In this document: piece by piece, positions 49,422 through 56,891 of the stretch
Layout: every line of letters begins with the position of its first letter
How positions within the stretch are numbered: the stretch's first letter is position 1
Assembly: GCA_043756405.1 (NCBI GenBank)
Contig: JAYURC010000123.1
Coordinates: forward strand, 3,836 to 67,835
Reading direction: 5' to 3'
Length of the DNA: 64,000 nucleotides
Origin: Polaromonas sp.
GTDB taxonomy: Bacteria > Pseudomonadota > Gammaproteobacteria > Burkholderiales > Burkholderiaceae_C
The notes under the pieces: generated by a model
Databases searched by the model: none
Seen by the model: only the letters and a program-made list of their open reading frames with translations
Told to the model about the DNA's origin: nothing
Program-made: the position numbers and the translations under genes

Positions 49422-49853
49422 TCAGACGGTCAAAGGTGGGCCGCGCGCGTTAAACAGTGCTGCCCAACGGGCGAGTGCTTCGCCCTGAAAAATCGCCACG
49501 GTTGAAAGTGGCAGAACTACGGGCAATGTCGATAGCATCACCGCTACCAGCCCGCCATCATGGCTGGCCTGGTCATATAAACGGCAATCAGACAAGTCCT
49601 GGTGCGTTGAAAAAAGTAAAGCTAAAAAATGACGAGTTTCAGGCTCCTCGACTTCAGCATGGTCGTGACCATGACCATGACCATGACCATGATCATGATC
49701 ATGATCATGATCCTGCCGAGCATCCTGCGAATGCAGAGCCGAACCCGACGAGCCATGCGTGATGATATGAACCATACCCAGCGTTTGCGTCATCACCAGC
49801 ACAGCCGCCAGCAGCAAAGCGAGCAAGGTCGTGAGGCGAGGCAATACAAACAT
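49422..49853 (-). CDS. Membrane-anchored/secreted His-rich protein (DUF2946-like C-terminus)
   Basis: 143 aa with an N-terminal hydrophobic segment, a DHDHDHDHGHGHGHGHDH tract, and a C-terminal …ARGPP ending reminiscent of DUF2946 proteins found next to metal TBDRs. Confidence 0.6.
   Translation of the reverse strand: MFVLPRLTTLLALLLAAVLVMTQTLGMVHIITHGSSGSALHSQDARQDHDHDHDHGHGHGHGHDHAEVEEPETRHFLALLFSTHQDLSDCRLYDQASHDGGLVAVMLSTLPVVLPLSTVAIFQGEALARWAALFNARGPPLTV
49665..49712. repeat. Hexanucleotide tandem repeat inside the His-rich CDS
   Basis: GTGACC (ATGACC)x3 (ATGATC)x4, eight in-frame 6-bp units encoding (DH)4(GH)4DH on the minus strand. Confidence 0.9.
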
Positions 49854-49873
49854 GCGAAGCAGTCAGAAGATGT

Positions 49874-50407
49874 TTACTTGACGCTGGTAGCGTCCGTCAT
49901 GCGGTAGTACAAACCGTAAGAGTCATCATTCAGCACTGAAAACTTGCCCTCGACAACCACCGGCTCCATGCCGTATTTGACGGGGGTTTTGGTGCGCACC
50001 TCGACCATACTCTCAGGCCCGCCTGCGGTACAAAACGAGCAGGTCAGCGGCACAGACGACAGCAAAAAATGGCGCTGGCTGGTGCCAGGTTCGAGCGGCA
50101 TCATGAAGCCCTGAATGCGCTGGGTTTTCTGGTTCAGCGATGTCTGGCTGGTGCTGAAAACCGGCAAGATGCGATTTTTTTCTACCCTGGTTTTAACATC
50201 GGTCAACACAGACCACGGGATCACGTCATTGCGCGGCTGCAAGGGTGCAAACGGGCTGCCTGCACCGTGCGTGCCCGCACCGGTACCTGCGGCCAGCCCC
50301 GCCGGCGGCGCGCCCAGGGGCGACGACAAAACCTGAGCCGTTGCCGCACTGCCCAGGCAAAGCGCCAGGCCCGCTGCAGTAGCCCATGCTTTAAAACGAT
50401 GCTTCAT
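49874..50407 (-). CDS. DUF3299-like secreted protein
   Basis: 177 aa with a signal peptide, the motif GFMMPLE…HFLLSSVPLTCSFC, and a C-terminal …GLYYRMTDA. An AGGAG ribosome-binding site is present. Confidence 0.65.
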   Translation of the reverse strand: MKHRFKAWATAAGLALCLGSAATAQVLSSPLGAPPAGLAAGTGAGTHGAGSPFAPLQPRNDVIPWSVLTDVKTRVEKNRILPVFSTSQTSLNQKTQRIQGFMMPLEPGTSQRHFLLSSVPLTCSFCTAGGPESMVEVRTKTPVKYGMEPVVVEGKFSVLNDDSYGLYYRMTDATSVK

Positions 50408-50475
50408 TGGGTACTCCTGAAATCGAATGGTCTGCCAGATTTTGCGTCAGTTGTACAGTCAATGCGTTGAAAAAC

Positions 50476-50724
50476 TCAATGCACGTGCTTCATGCCGCAG
50501 TACTTGCCAACAGCCAGGCCTTTGCAGGCCGCTTGCAATTCTTTTTCACACATTTCCAGCTTTTTGCCTGACTCAAGGCATTTGGCAGCGCTTTCATGGG
50601 CGGCTGCCATGGCGCGGTGACGGGTGATGTCTTCTTTAAGCTCTTTGGCGGTGTGGGCTTGCGCAAACACGCTGCCACTGGCAACAAGAGCGAGCGCGGC
50701 AAGAATTGAGGTGTATTTTTTCAT
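50476..50724 (-). CDS. Small secreted helical Cys/His-containing protein (putative periplasmic metal-binding)
   Basis: 82 aa with a signal peptide (…SVFAQA), four Cys, and a His-containing C-terminus (CGMKHVH). An AAGGAA ribosome-binding site is present. I recognise no family. Confidence 0.55.
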   Translation of the reverse strand: MKKYTSILAALALVASGSVFAQAHTAKELKEDITRHRAMAAAHESAAKCLESGKKLEMCEKELQAACKGLAVGKYCGMKHVH

Positions 50725-50738
50725 GATGATTCCTTGAT

Positions 50739-51941
50739 TTAACGGGACTGGAGAAGTTCAAAAACACTGACACGGTAGGCCTCCCACGCGGGCAAAGCGC
50801 TGGCAACCAGCGCCACGCCCAAAGCCAGCACGGGGACGACCATCAGTTCAATCGGCCAGGCAAACGCGCCGATAAAAACAGATTTTTCAGCCTCTAGCGC
50901 CCAGGCAGCGGCGGCCAGCGCGCCCTGCCCCGCCAGCAAGCCTAAAGCACAGGCCAGCACGGCCAGCCACAGCGCTTCACACAGCAGCAGGCCAGCAATT
51001 TTGCGCGGTGGCGCACCCAGCATGCGCAGCAGGGCCAGGTCGGCACGGCGCTCCCGCACGGCGCTCCACAGGGCAATAAAAACGCTTAATCCGGCTGTAA
51101 GCAGCAACACGCCAGCCAGCGCCTTGAGCACATCTGTACCCACACCCATCATGCTGAGCAAACGGGTTATTTCAAGCGCAGGTGCGGCTGCCTGCATCTC
51201 GGTGGCGCTATTGACATAACGCGGAAAAGTAACCGCTGCCAGCGGCGACGTGTATTGAATCAACGCCAGCGTCAGCTCGCGTTCTTCTTCAAGAATTTTT
51301 TGATCCTCGGCGTCCAGTGCGGTGTCTGTTTCATGCACCTTCCAGACCGATTCAGTTGAGGTCAGAATCAGGCGGTCAAGAACTGATCCGCTGGCTGCCA
51401 GCACCCCTACCACCGTGTAGGGCGTTTGCGCATGGCTTTCGCCACCGCCGCCCAGCCCGTGACTGCCGGCAAAGGTGTCGCCTGCCTTGAGCCCGGTTTG
51501 CCGTGCCACCTGGCTGCCCACCACAGCTTGCATCGGTTGGGCCCAGAGCCCGCCGCTACCAAGCTGCGCGCCGTAGTGTTTGATGTAGTCAAGCGACGTA
51601 CCGACGATCCGGAAACCCCGAAAGCTGTCGCCCAGGCTGATGGGAATCACTTTGGCGACCTGCGGGTTTTTAGCCAGCTCTTTGACTGCCGCCAGGGGCA
51701 CATTGCCCGTGGGCGAGTCAATGTGAAACACGCCCGACAAAATCAGCTGCATCGGGCTGCCTTTGGCACCTACCACCACATCAATGCCTGCCAAGTCGCG
51801 CTCAAAGGCTTTGTTGAGCTGGTGACTGGCTAGCATCACCAGCGTGATGGCCGCCAGACCCAGCGTTAGCAACAGCAGGTTGAGGCCAGCAGCCAATGGC
51901 CGTGACCACAGGTAGCGCCATGAAAGCAGAATGGTTTTCAT
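50739..51941 (-). CDS. FtsX/MacB-type ABC transporter permease
   Basis: 400 aa with one N-terminal TM, a large periplasmic domain, and a C-terminal FtsX-like three-TM bundle. It has an ATGA overlap with the upstream ATPase gene. Confidence 0.85.
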   Translation of the reverse strand: MKTILLSWRYLWSRPLAAGLNLLLLTLGLAAITLVMLASHQLNKAFERDLAGIDVVVGAKGSPMQLILSGVFHIDSPTGNVPLAAVKELAKNPQVAKVIPISLGDSFRGFRIVGTSLDYIKHYGAQLGSGGLWAQPMQAVVGSQVARQTGLKAGDTFAGSHGLGGGGESHAQTPYTVVGVLAASGSVLDRLILTSTESVWKVHETDTALDAEDQKILEEERELTLALIQYTSPLAAVTFPRYVNSATEMQAAAPALEITRLLSMMGVGTDVLKALAGVLLLTAGLSVFIALWSAVRERRADLALLRMLGAPPRKIAGLLLCEALWLAVLACALGLLAGQGALAAAAWALEAEKSVFIGAFAWPIELMVVPVLALGVALVASALPAWEAYRVSVFELLQSR

Positions 51942-52654
51942 GCGTGCAAGCTGCCTGTCAAGTTGCTATTATTTTTATAGCTGTTTGCGCCCGTATTAAT
52001 TGGGCTACAGGCCAATTTGATACTGAAAAACGGCTTTGAAATGGCTTCAAACTGCTGTTTTACCCGCGAATCGTGGGTGGCGATTACCAGCGTGGCCTGC
52101 AAGCGCTGCGCGGTCTCGCTTAATAAACTTAAGGCCGCTTGGCAGGCAGCGCTGTCCAGGCTGGCGGTTGGCTCGTCGGCCAATACCACCTGGGGCTGCA
52201 GCAATACCGCACGCGCCAGCGCTACACGCTGCGCCTGCCCGCCCGACAGCTGCGCGGGTTTGCGGTTTGACAGTGCTTGCACACCCAGTGCGGCCAGCGC
52301 ATTGGCAATACGCTGGCTGTCAGTCTTTTGCCCAGCCGCCCATTGCGCCAGCTCCAGGTTGTCATGCACCGTTAACGCGGCGCTTAAATGCAGTTTTTGC
52401 GGCAAAAAGCCAATGGTCCGGGCGCGCCATGCATCGCCGTCAAGCTTGCTCAGTTGGCCCATCACTTGCCCCGCCACTGTCAGCTGCCCACTGCTGGCAG
52501 GCAGCAAACCGGCCGCCATGGCCAACCAGGTTGACTTGCCAGAGCCCGATGCGCCAGTCAGCAGCAACGTTGCACCCTGCGCCACACTGAAGTCAGCAAA
52601 CGCTAACTCCGGCCCATTCGCATAGCGGTAGGTGAGCTGGCGGCAACTGATCAA
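51938..52654 (-). CDS. ABC transporter ATP-binding protein (MacB/LolD-like)
   Basis: Walker A GASGSGKST, signature LSGGQAQRV, Walker B VLADEP. A probable TTG start at 52654 overlaps the zur stop (TTGA). The last ~20 codons run through repeat copy C. Confidence 0.85.
   Translation of the reverse strand: MISCRQLTYRYANGPELAFADFSVAQGATLLLTGASGSGKSTWLAMAAGLLPASSGQLTVAGQVMGQLSKLDGDAWRARTIGFLPQKLHLSAALTVHDNLELAQWAAGQKTDSQRIANALAALGVQALSNRKPAQLSGGQAQRVALARAVLLQPQVVLADEPTASLDSAACQAALSLLSETAQRLQATLVIATHDSRVKQQFEAISKPFFSIKLACSPINTGANSYKNNSNLTGSLHA
51963..52013. repeat. Dispersed ~50-bp repeat, copy C (inside CDS)
   Basis: TTGCTATTATTTTTATAGCTGTTTGCGCCCGTATTAATTGGGCTACAGGCC. By hand, 40 of 50 positions are identical to copy A. 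Confidence 0.7.
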
Positions 52655-53151
52655 ACCGGTGCCCCGGTTGCGCAGTCGGCGCACACACCGCGCACGGCAA
52701 AGTCCATGCTCATGCCCTGGTAGCCAAGTGCTTTGAGCGCTTCAAGCGCCGTTTGGGCGGCACGTTCGAGGTCATTTGCGTTGGCTTGCAGCGCACCCGA
52801 CAAAGGGCTGTCTTTGTGGCAGCTCTGGCATTCAAAGTGCGGAATGGCATGTATTTCAGCCGGCATGGCCTGGTAGCGGCGGGTGCGGCTGGCGTCTACC
52901 CGGCACAGCAACAGGCCAACTTGCGTCAAGCGGTCAATCAGGCGGTAAAGCGTCACGCGGTCAAGGTCGCCCGACTCAGCCTGCCTGTCGTCAGCTAGCG
53001 CCGCCTGCAACTGCGCATGGGTGTAGCTGGTGTCAGCGTGCGCCAGCAAAAAGCCCAGCACCAAGCGCGCGGCGCTGGTACGGCGAAGACCGTGGGCAGT
53101 AAGCAAGTCGTTGATGGGGTCAATCATTAAGGTGGTTGGCGAGGTCTGCAT
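52651..53151 (-). CDS. zur: Fur-family metalloregulator, probable Zur
   Basis: 166 aa with a winged-helix N-terminus (RRTSAARLVLGFLL…) and two CxxC pairs (FECQSC, GVCADC). The context is COG0523 genes plus metal transporters. Confidence 0.7.
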   Translation of the reverse strand: MQTSPTTLMIDPINDLLTAHGLRRTSAARLVLGFLLAHADTSYTHAQLQAALADDRQAESGDLDRVTLYRLIDRLTQVGLLLCRVDASRTRRYQAMPAEIHAIPHFECQSCHKDSPLSGALQANANDLERAAQTALEALKALGYQGMSMDFAVRGVCADCATGAPV

Positions 53152-53200
53152 GGTGAATATTTGTTGAAGCGGATCAGTCCTTTCCCGACCAGTCGACTAT

Positions 53201-53241
53201 TGCAATTCAGTTGCATTACAATTTAGTGCAATCAGGTTGCA
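53201..53241. promoter_or_regulatory. Three overlapping palindromes in the zur/COG0523 divergent region (candidate Zur operator)
   Basis: TGCAATTCAGTTGCA (53201-53215), TTGCATTACAATTTAGTGCAA (53211-53231) and TGCAATCAGGTTGCA (53227-53241). All are built from TGCAA/TTGCA arms. The site is centred between the two divergent start codons. Confidence 0.5.
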
Positions 53242-53286
53242 TTATCTCAGATCAGCAAAACAATCACCGATTATCTGGACTTCAAT

Positions 53287-54534
53287 ATGACAAAAAAAAA
53301 CACTCGCTTGCCTGTCACCGTCTTGTCCGGCTTTCTGGGCGCGGGTAAAACCACCTTGCTTAACCACATTTTGGCCAACCGTGAAGGCCTGCGCGTAGCG
53401 GTCATCGTGAACGATATGAGCGAGGTCAATATCGACGCGTCGCTGGTCGATAAAAACGCAACAAATGCGGGGGCTGCACTGTCGCGCACTGAAGAAAAAA
53501 TGGTCGAAATGAGCAATGGCTGCATTTGCTGCTCACTGCGCGAGGACTTGCTGCTGGAAGTGCGCAAGCTGGCAGCTGAAGGCCGGTTTGATTGCCTGCT
53601 GATTGAGTCAACCGGCATAGGTGAACCATTGCCCGTAGCAGCCACATTTGACTTCTGCGATGAAGAAGGCAACAGCCTGAATGATGTGGCCGCCATAGAC
53701 ACGATGGTGACGGTGGTCGATGCTTTCAATTTGCTTAATGACTACAGCAGCAAAGATTTGCTGGCGCACCGGGGGCAAGTAGCAGGCGACGAAGACAACC
53801 GCACACTTGCTGCGCTGCTCATGGAGCAGATTGAATTTGCCGACGTCATTGTGGTTAACAAAATTGACCGGGTCGACATAGCAAGGCGCAATGAAGTTAC
53901 GGGCGTTATCAAGGCATTGAACCCAACGGCTGAAATTGTGTACGCCGAGCACGGCCGCGTACCACTGGCCAAGGTGCTGGCCACTGGCAAATTTGACATG
54001 GAAAAAGCCGCTGCCATGCCTGGCTGGGCACGCGAACTTGAAGGCCATCACACCCCTGAAACCGAGGCTTACGGTATCAGCAGCTTTGTTCTGCGCAGCC
54101 ACGACCCACTGCACCCCAAGCGTTTTTCAGAATTTATGGAGCTGCCGCTGCCCGGCCTGCTGCGTGCCAAAGGGTACGTGTGGCTGGCCAGCAAGCCTGA
54201 GTGGGTAGTGTCGTACTCGCGTGCCGGCAACACCGCCACGCACGAACCCGTGGGCCGCTGGTGGGCACACCAGAGCGACAAAAGCCGCTGGCCACCCAAG
54301 GGCGACCCGCAGCGTGATGCGATTGATGCGCGGTGGAAAGAACCATACGGCGACCGTTTGAATGAAGTCGTTTTTATTGGCCAGAACATGGACCGAGCCT
54401 TAATTGAAGCCGCATGGAAAGCCACCCACCTGACATATACCGAAACCCGGAAGGGTATGAAAGGTTGGCGGGATTTAGCCGACCCGTTTCCAAATTGGGC
54501 CGCAACGCCTGTGCTGGAAGCTGAGCCTGCCTGA
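53287..54534 (+). CDS. COG0523 GTPase metallochaperone (ZigA-like long form)
   Basis: 415 aa with P-loop GFLGAGKTT, metal motif [10 protein letters not shown], and a CobW C-terminal domain. Confidence 0.85.
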   Translation: MTKKNTRLPVTVLSGFLGAGKTTLLNHILANREGLRVAVIVNDMSEVNIDASLVDKNATNAGAALSRTEEKMVEMSNGCICCSLREDLLLEVRKLAAEGRFDCLLIESTGIGEPLPVAATFDFCDEEGNSLNDVAAIDTMVTVVDAFNLLNDYSSKDLLAHRGQVAGDEDNRTLAALLMEQIEFADVIVVNKIDRVDIARRNEVTGVIKALNPTAEIVYAEHGRVPLAKVLATGKFDMEKAAAMPGWARELEGHHTPETEAYGISSFVLRSHDPLHPKRFSEFMELPLPGLLRAKGYVWLASKPEWVVSYSRAGNTATHEPVGRWWAHQSDKSRWPPKGDPQRDAIDARWKEPYGDRLNEVVFIGQNMDRALIEAAWKATHLTYTETRKGMKGWRDLADPFPNWAATPVLEAEPA

Positions 54535-54570
54535 TTGCCATTGATTGCTAACTTAACCACGGGAAATCAG

Positions 54571-54948
54571 ATGAAAGTTGCTTACGTCTTTGCCACCAGT
54601 ATGGCTTCAACCTTTAAATTGGCGACCATGATCCTGCCGCAGCTTGAACGTGGAAATCACGGCGCAGGTGTGGCGGGCATGATGTTTTTCGATGACAACA
54701 TTTTCTGCCTTCGGCAAGGCGATCCCGTCGGTGAACGGCTGGCTAAAGTTGCCGAAGACCAGGGTATCTTGCTGATGGTGTGCGACCAGTGTGCTGTGAG
54801 GCGAAATCTGGCAGACGGCACGTACGAGCAGTGCGGCACCGGACAGGTCGTGGCACGGGGCCTGGTTAAAGGCGTCGTGGCAGGCTGCTTTCCGCAGCTG
54901 TACGGCGCACTGGCAGCCAGCCCGCCCAACTATGTCATCAGCTTGTAG
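54571..54948 (+). CDS. DsrE/DsrF-like family protein
   Basis: 125 aa starting MKVAYVFATS…, with an alpha/beta DsrE-like pattern and a CDQC motif. The ATG at 54571 is preferred. Confidence 0.6.
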   Translation: MKVAYVFATSMASTFKLATMILPQLERGNHGAGVAGMMFFDDNIFCLRQGDPVGERLAKVAEDQGILLMVCDQCAVRRNLADGTYEQCGTGQVVARGLVKGVVAGCFPQLYGALAASPPNYVISL

Positions 54949-55172
54949 ATCGCACCCTTCCAGACGGGTGCTTGATCAAACCGCTTTGCATGGTCACCGA
55001 AATTCTGGTTTGTGTACGTTGTCGCTCGCCCGGCGCATCGGCAGATCATCCAGGAGAAGGTCAGGCGCGAATGGAATCATGTCATGCGAATCGCGGCCCG
55101 CGTGTCTGCGGGCTGACACTTTGGCGCGAAACCCTGTGTTGAATCAACAGCAACTGTGAACAGGAACTACCT

Positions 55173-56162
55173 ATGAGCCTCATCCCCGTCACCATCCTTA
55201 CTGGCTTTCTAGGCAGCGGTAAGACCACGCTGCTCAACCGCATTTTGAAAGCTGATCACGGCTACAAAATTGCGGTCATTGAAAACGAATTTGGCGAAGC
55301 TGGTATCGATAACGAACTGCTGGTGCAAGACCGTGATGAACAAATCATCGAAATGAACAACGGCTGCATTTGTTGCACAGTGCGCGGCGATCTGGTGCGC
55401 ATTTTGTCTGAGCTGGCGTTAAAAAGAAAATTAGGCGTACTTAGCTTTGATCATGTGGTGATTGAAACCACAGGTCTTGCAGACCCGGCACCTGTGGCGC
55501 AAACATTTTTTGTGGACGAAGCTGTTCAGATGAACTACCTGCTGGACGCCATCGTTACGCTGGTGGATGCCGTACACGCACCGCAGCAACTCGACGCGCA
55601 TCATGAAGCACAGGAGCAAGTCGGTTTTGCGGATCGTATCCTGATCAGCAAGACTGACCTGGTTGATACACCCACGCTGGCTGCCTTGCGCCAACGCCTG
55701 GGCCGCATCAACCCGCGCGCAAAAATCGGCGTCGCCCATCACGGCGTTGCAGCGAAAGACGATCTTATGGACGTTCGCGGCTTTAACCTAAGCGCCATTC
55801 TGGACATTGAACCCGAATTTTTAACAGATGTTGACCATGAGCACGATGACGATGTGACTTCGTTTGTGTTTCGTGAAGACCGCGCACTTGATCTGGAGCG
55901 CGTCGAAGACTTTCTGGGCGGGATGATTCAGGTCTACGGCCCGCAAATGATGCGCTACAAGGGCGTGCTCAACATCAAAGGCGAAACCCAGCGGGTGGTA
56001 TTTCAGGGCGTACACATGCTGATGGGCGCTGAGCGTGCAGGCCAATGGCAGGCCGGAGAAAAACGGTCTTCAAAGATGGTATTTATTGGGCGTGATTTGC
56101 CCAAAAAGTTGTTACTGGATGGTCTGGCTGGCTGTGCAGTAGCAGCCAAATCCGCCAACTAG
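55173..56162 (+). CDS. COG0523 GTPase metallochaperone (CobW/YjiA-like short form)
   Basis: 329 aa with P-loop GFLGSGKTT, GCICCTVRGD, and an acidic/His linker DVDHEHDDDV. Confidence 0.85.
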   Translation: MSLIPVTILTGFLGSGKTTLLNRILKADHGYKIAVIENEFGEAGIDNELLVQDRDEQIIEMNNGCICCTVRGDLVRILSELALKRKLGVLSFDHVVIETTGLADPAPVAQTFFVDEAVQMNYLLDAIVTLVDAVHAPQQLDAHHEAQEQVGFADRILISKTDLVDTPTLAALRQRLGRINPRAKIGVAHHGVAAKDDLMDVRGFNLSAILDIEPEFLTDVDHEHDDDVTSFVFREDRALDLERVEDFLGGMIQVYGPQMMRYKGVLNIKGETQRVVFQGVHMLMGAERAGQWQAGEKRSSKMVFIGRDLPKKLLLDGLAGCAVAAKSAN

Positions 56163-56186
56163 ATTACTCAAAAACCAGGTACACCC

Positions 56187-56891
56187 ATGTTGCAAGCAAG
56201 TCATTTAAGCAAAAACTTTGGCGACGTACGCGCACTCGACGCAGTCAGCCTGTCAGTCGCACCAGGGGACATTTATTGTCTGCTGGGTGCCAACGGCGCG
56301 GGCAAAACCACGCTCATCAATGTGTTTCTCAACTTTTTGCAGCCCACATCGGGCATAGCAGCTGTCAATGGCTGCGACGTTACTACCGATCCGCTTCAAA
56401 CCAAACGCGACATTGCCTACATCCCTGAACAGGTCATGCTGTACGGCGTATTGTCGGGTCTGGAGAACCTGGACTACTTTGCCACGCTTGCAACAGGTAC
56501 GAAGCAAAACAAACAACAGCTGCTCAAGTTACTTACAAATGTAGGACTGGACGAATTGGCTACCGCACGACGGGTTGCCACTTATTCCAAAGGCATGCGA
56601 CAAAAAGTAGGGATCGCCATCGCCATGGCTAAAAATGCCAAAGCGTTATTACTTGACGAGCCAACATCCGGCCTGGACCCATCCGCCGCCAACGAGTTTT
56701 CGCATTTGCTGAAGAAAGCCAGCCAACGAGGGGTTGCCGTTCTCACCACGACCCATGACCTGTTTCATGCCAAGCAAACAGCGAGTCGTATCGGCATCAT
56801 GAAGCGCGGCCAGATGGTGGCAGAGCTCAGCAGCGCAGACATCACGCACACCGACCTTGAAGCGCTGTACCTGCAGCACATGAGGTCGTGA
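56187..56891 (+). CDS. ABC-2-type exporter ATP-binding protein
   Basis: Walker A GANGAGKTT, signature YSKGMRQKV, Walker B LLLDEPTSGLD. Confidence 0.85.
   Translation: MLQASHLSKNFGDVRALDAVSLSVAPGDIYCLLGANGAGKTTLINVFLNFLQPTSGIAAVNGCDVTTDPLQTKRDIAYIPEQVMLYGVLSGLENLDYFATLATGTKQNKQQLLKLLTNVGLDELATARRVATYSKGMRQKVGIAIAMAKNAKALLLDEPTSGLDPSAANEFSHLLKKASQRGVAVLTTTHDLFHAKQTASRIGIMKRGQMVAELSSADITHTDLEALYLQHMRS

Noticed and set aside
52017-52625. 202-aa and 184-aa plus-strand ORFs
   Set aside because: They are antisense to the ABC ATPase gene, which has intact Walker A, Walker B and signature motifs.
54069-54560. 163-aa minus-strand ORF
   Set aside because: It is antisense to the C-terminal part of the COG0523 gene and has no supporting features.
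54932-55159. 75-aa plus-strand ORF in the DsrE-COG0523 gap
   Set aside because: It starts inside the DsrE-like gene, is Arg/Ser-rich and lacks a ribosome-binding site. The alternative-frame 50-codon Cys-rich ORF is the more interesting reading and is reported as a low-confidence finding.
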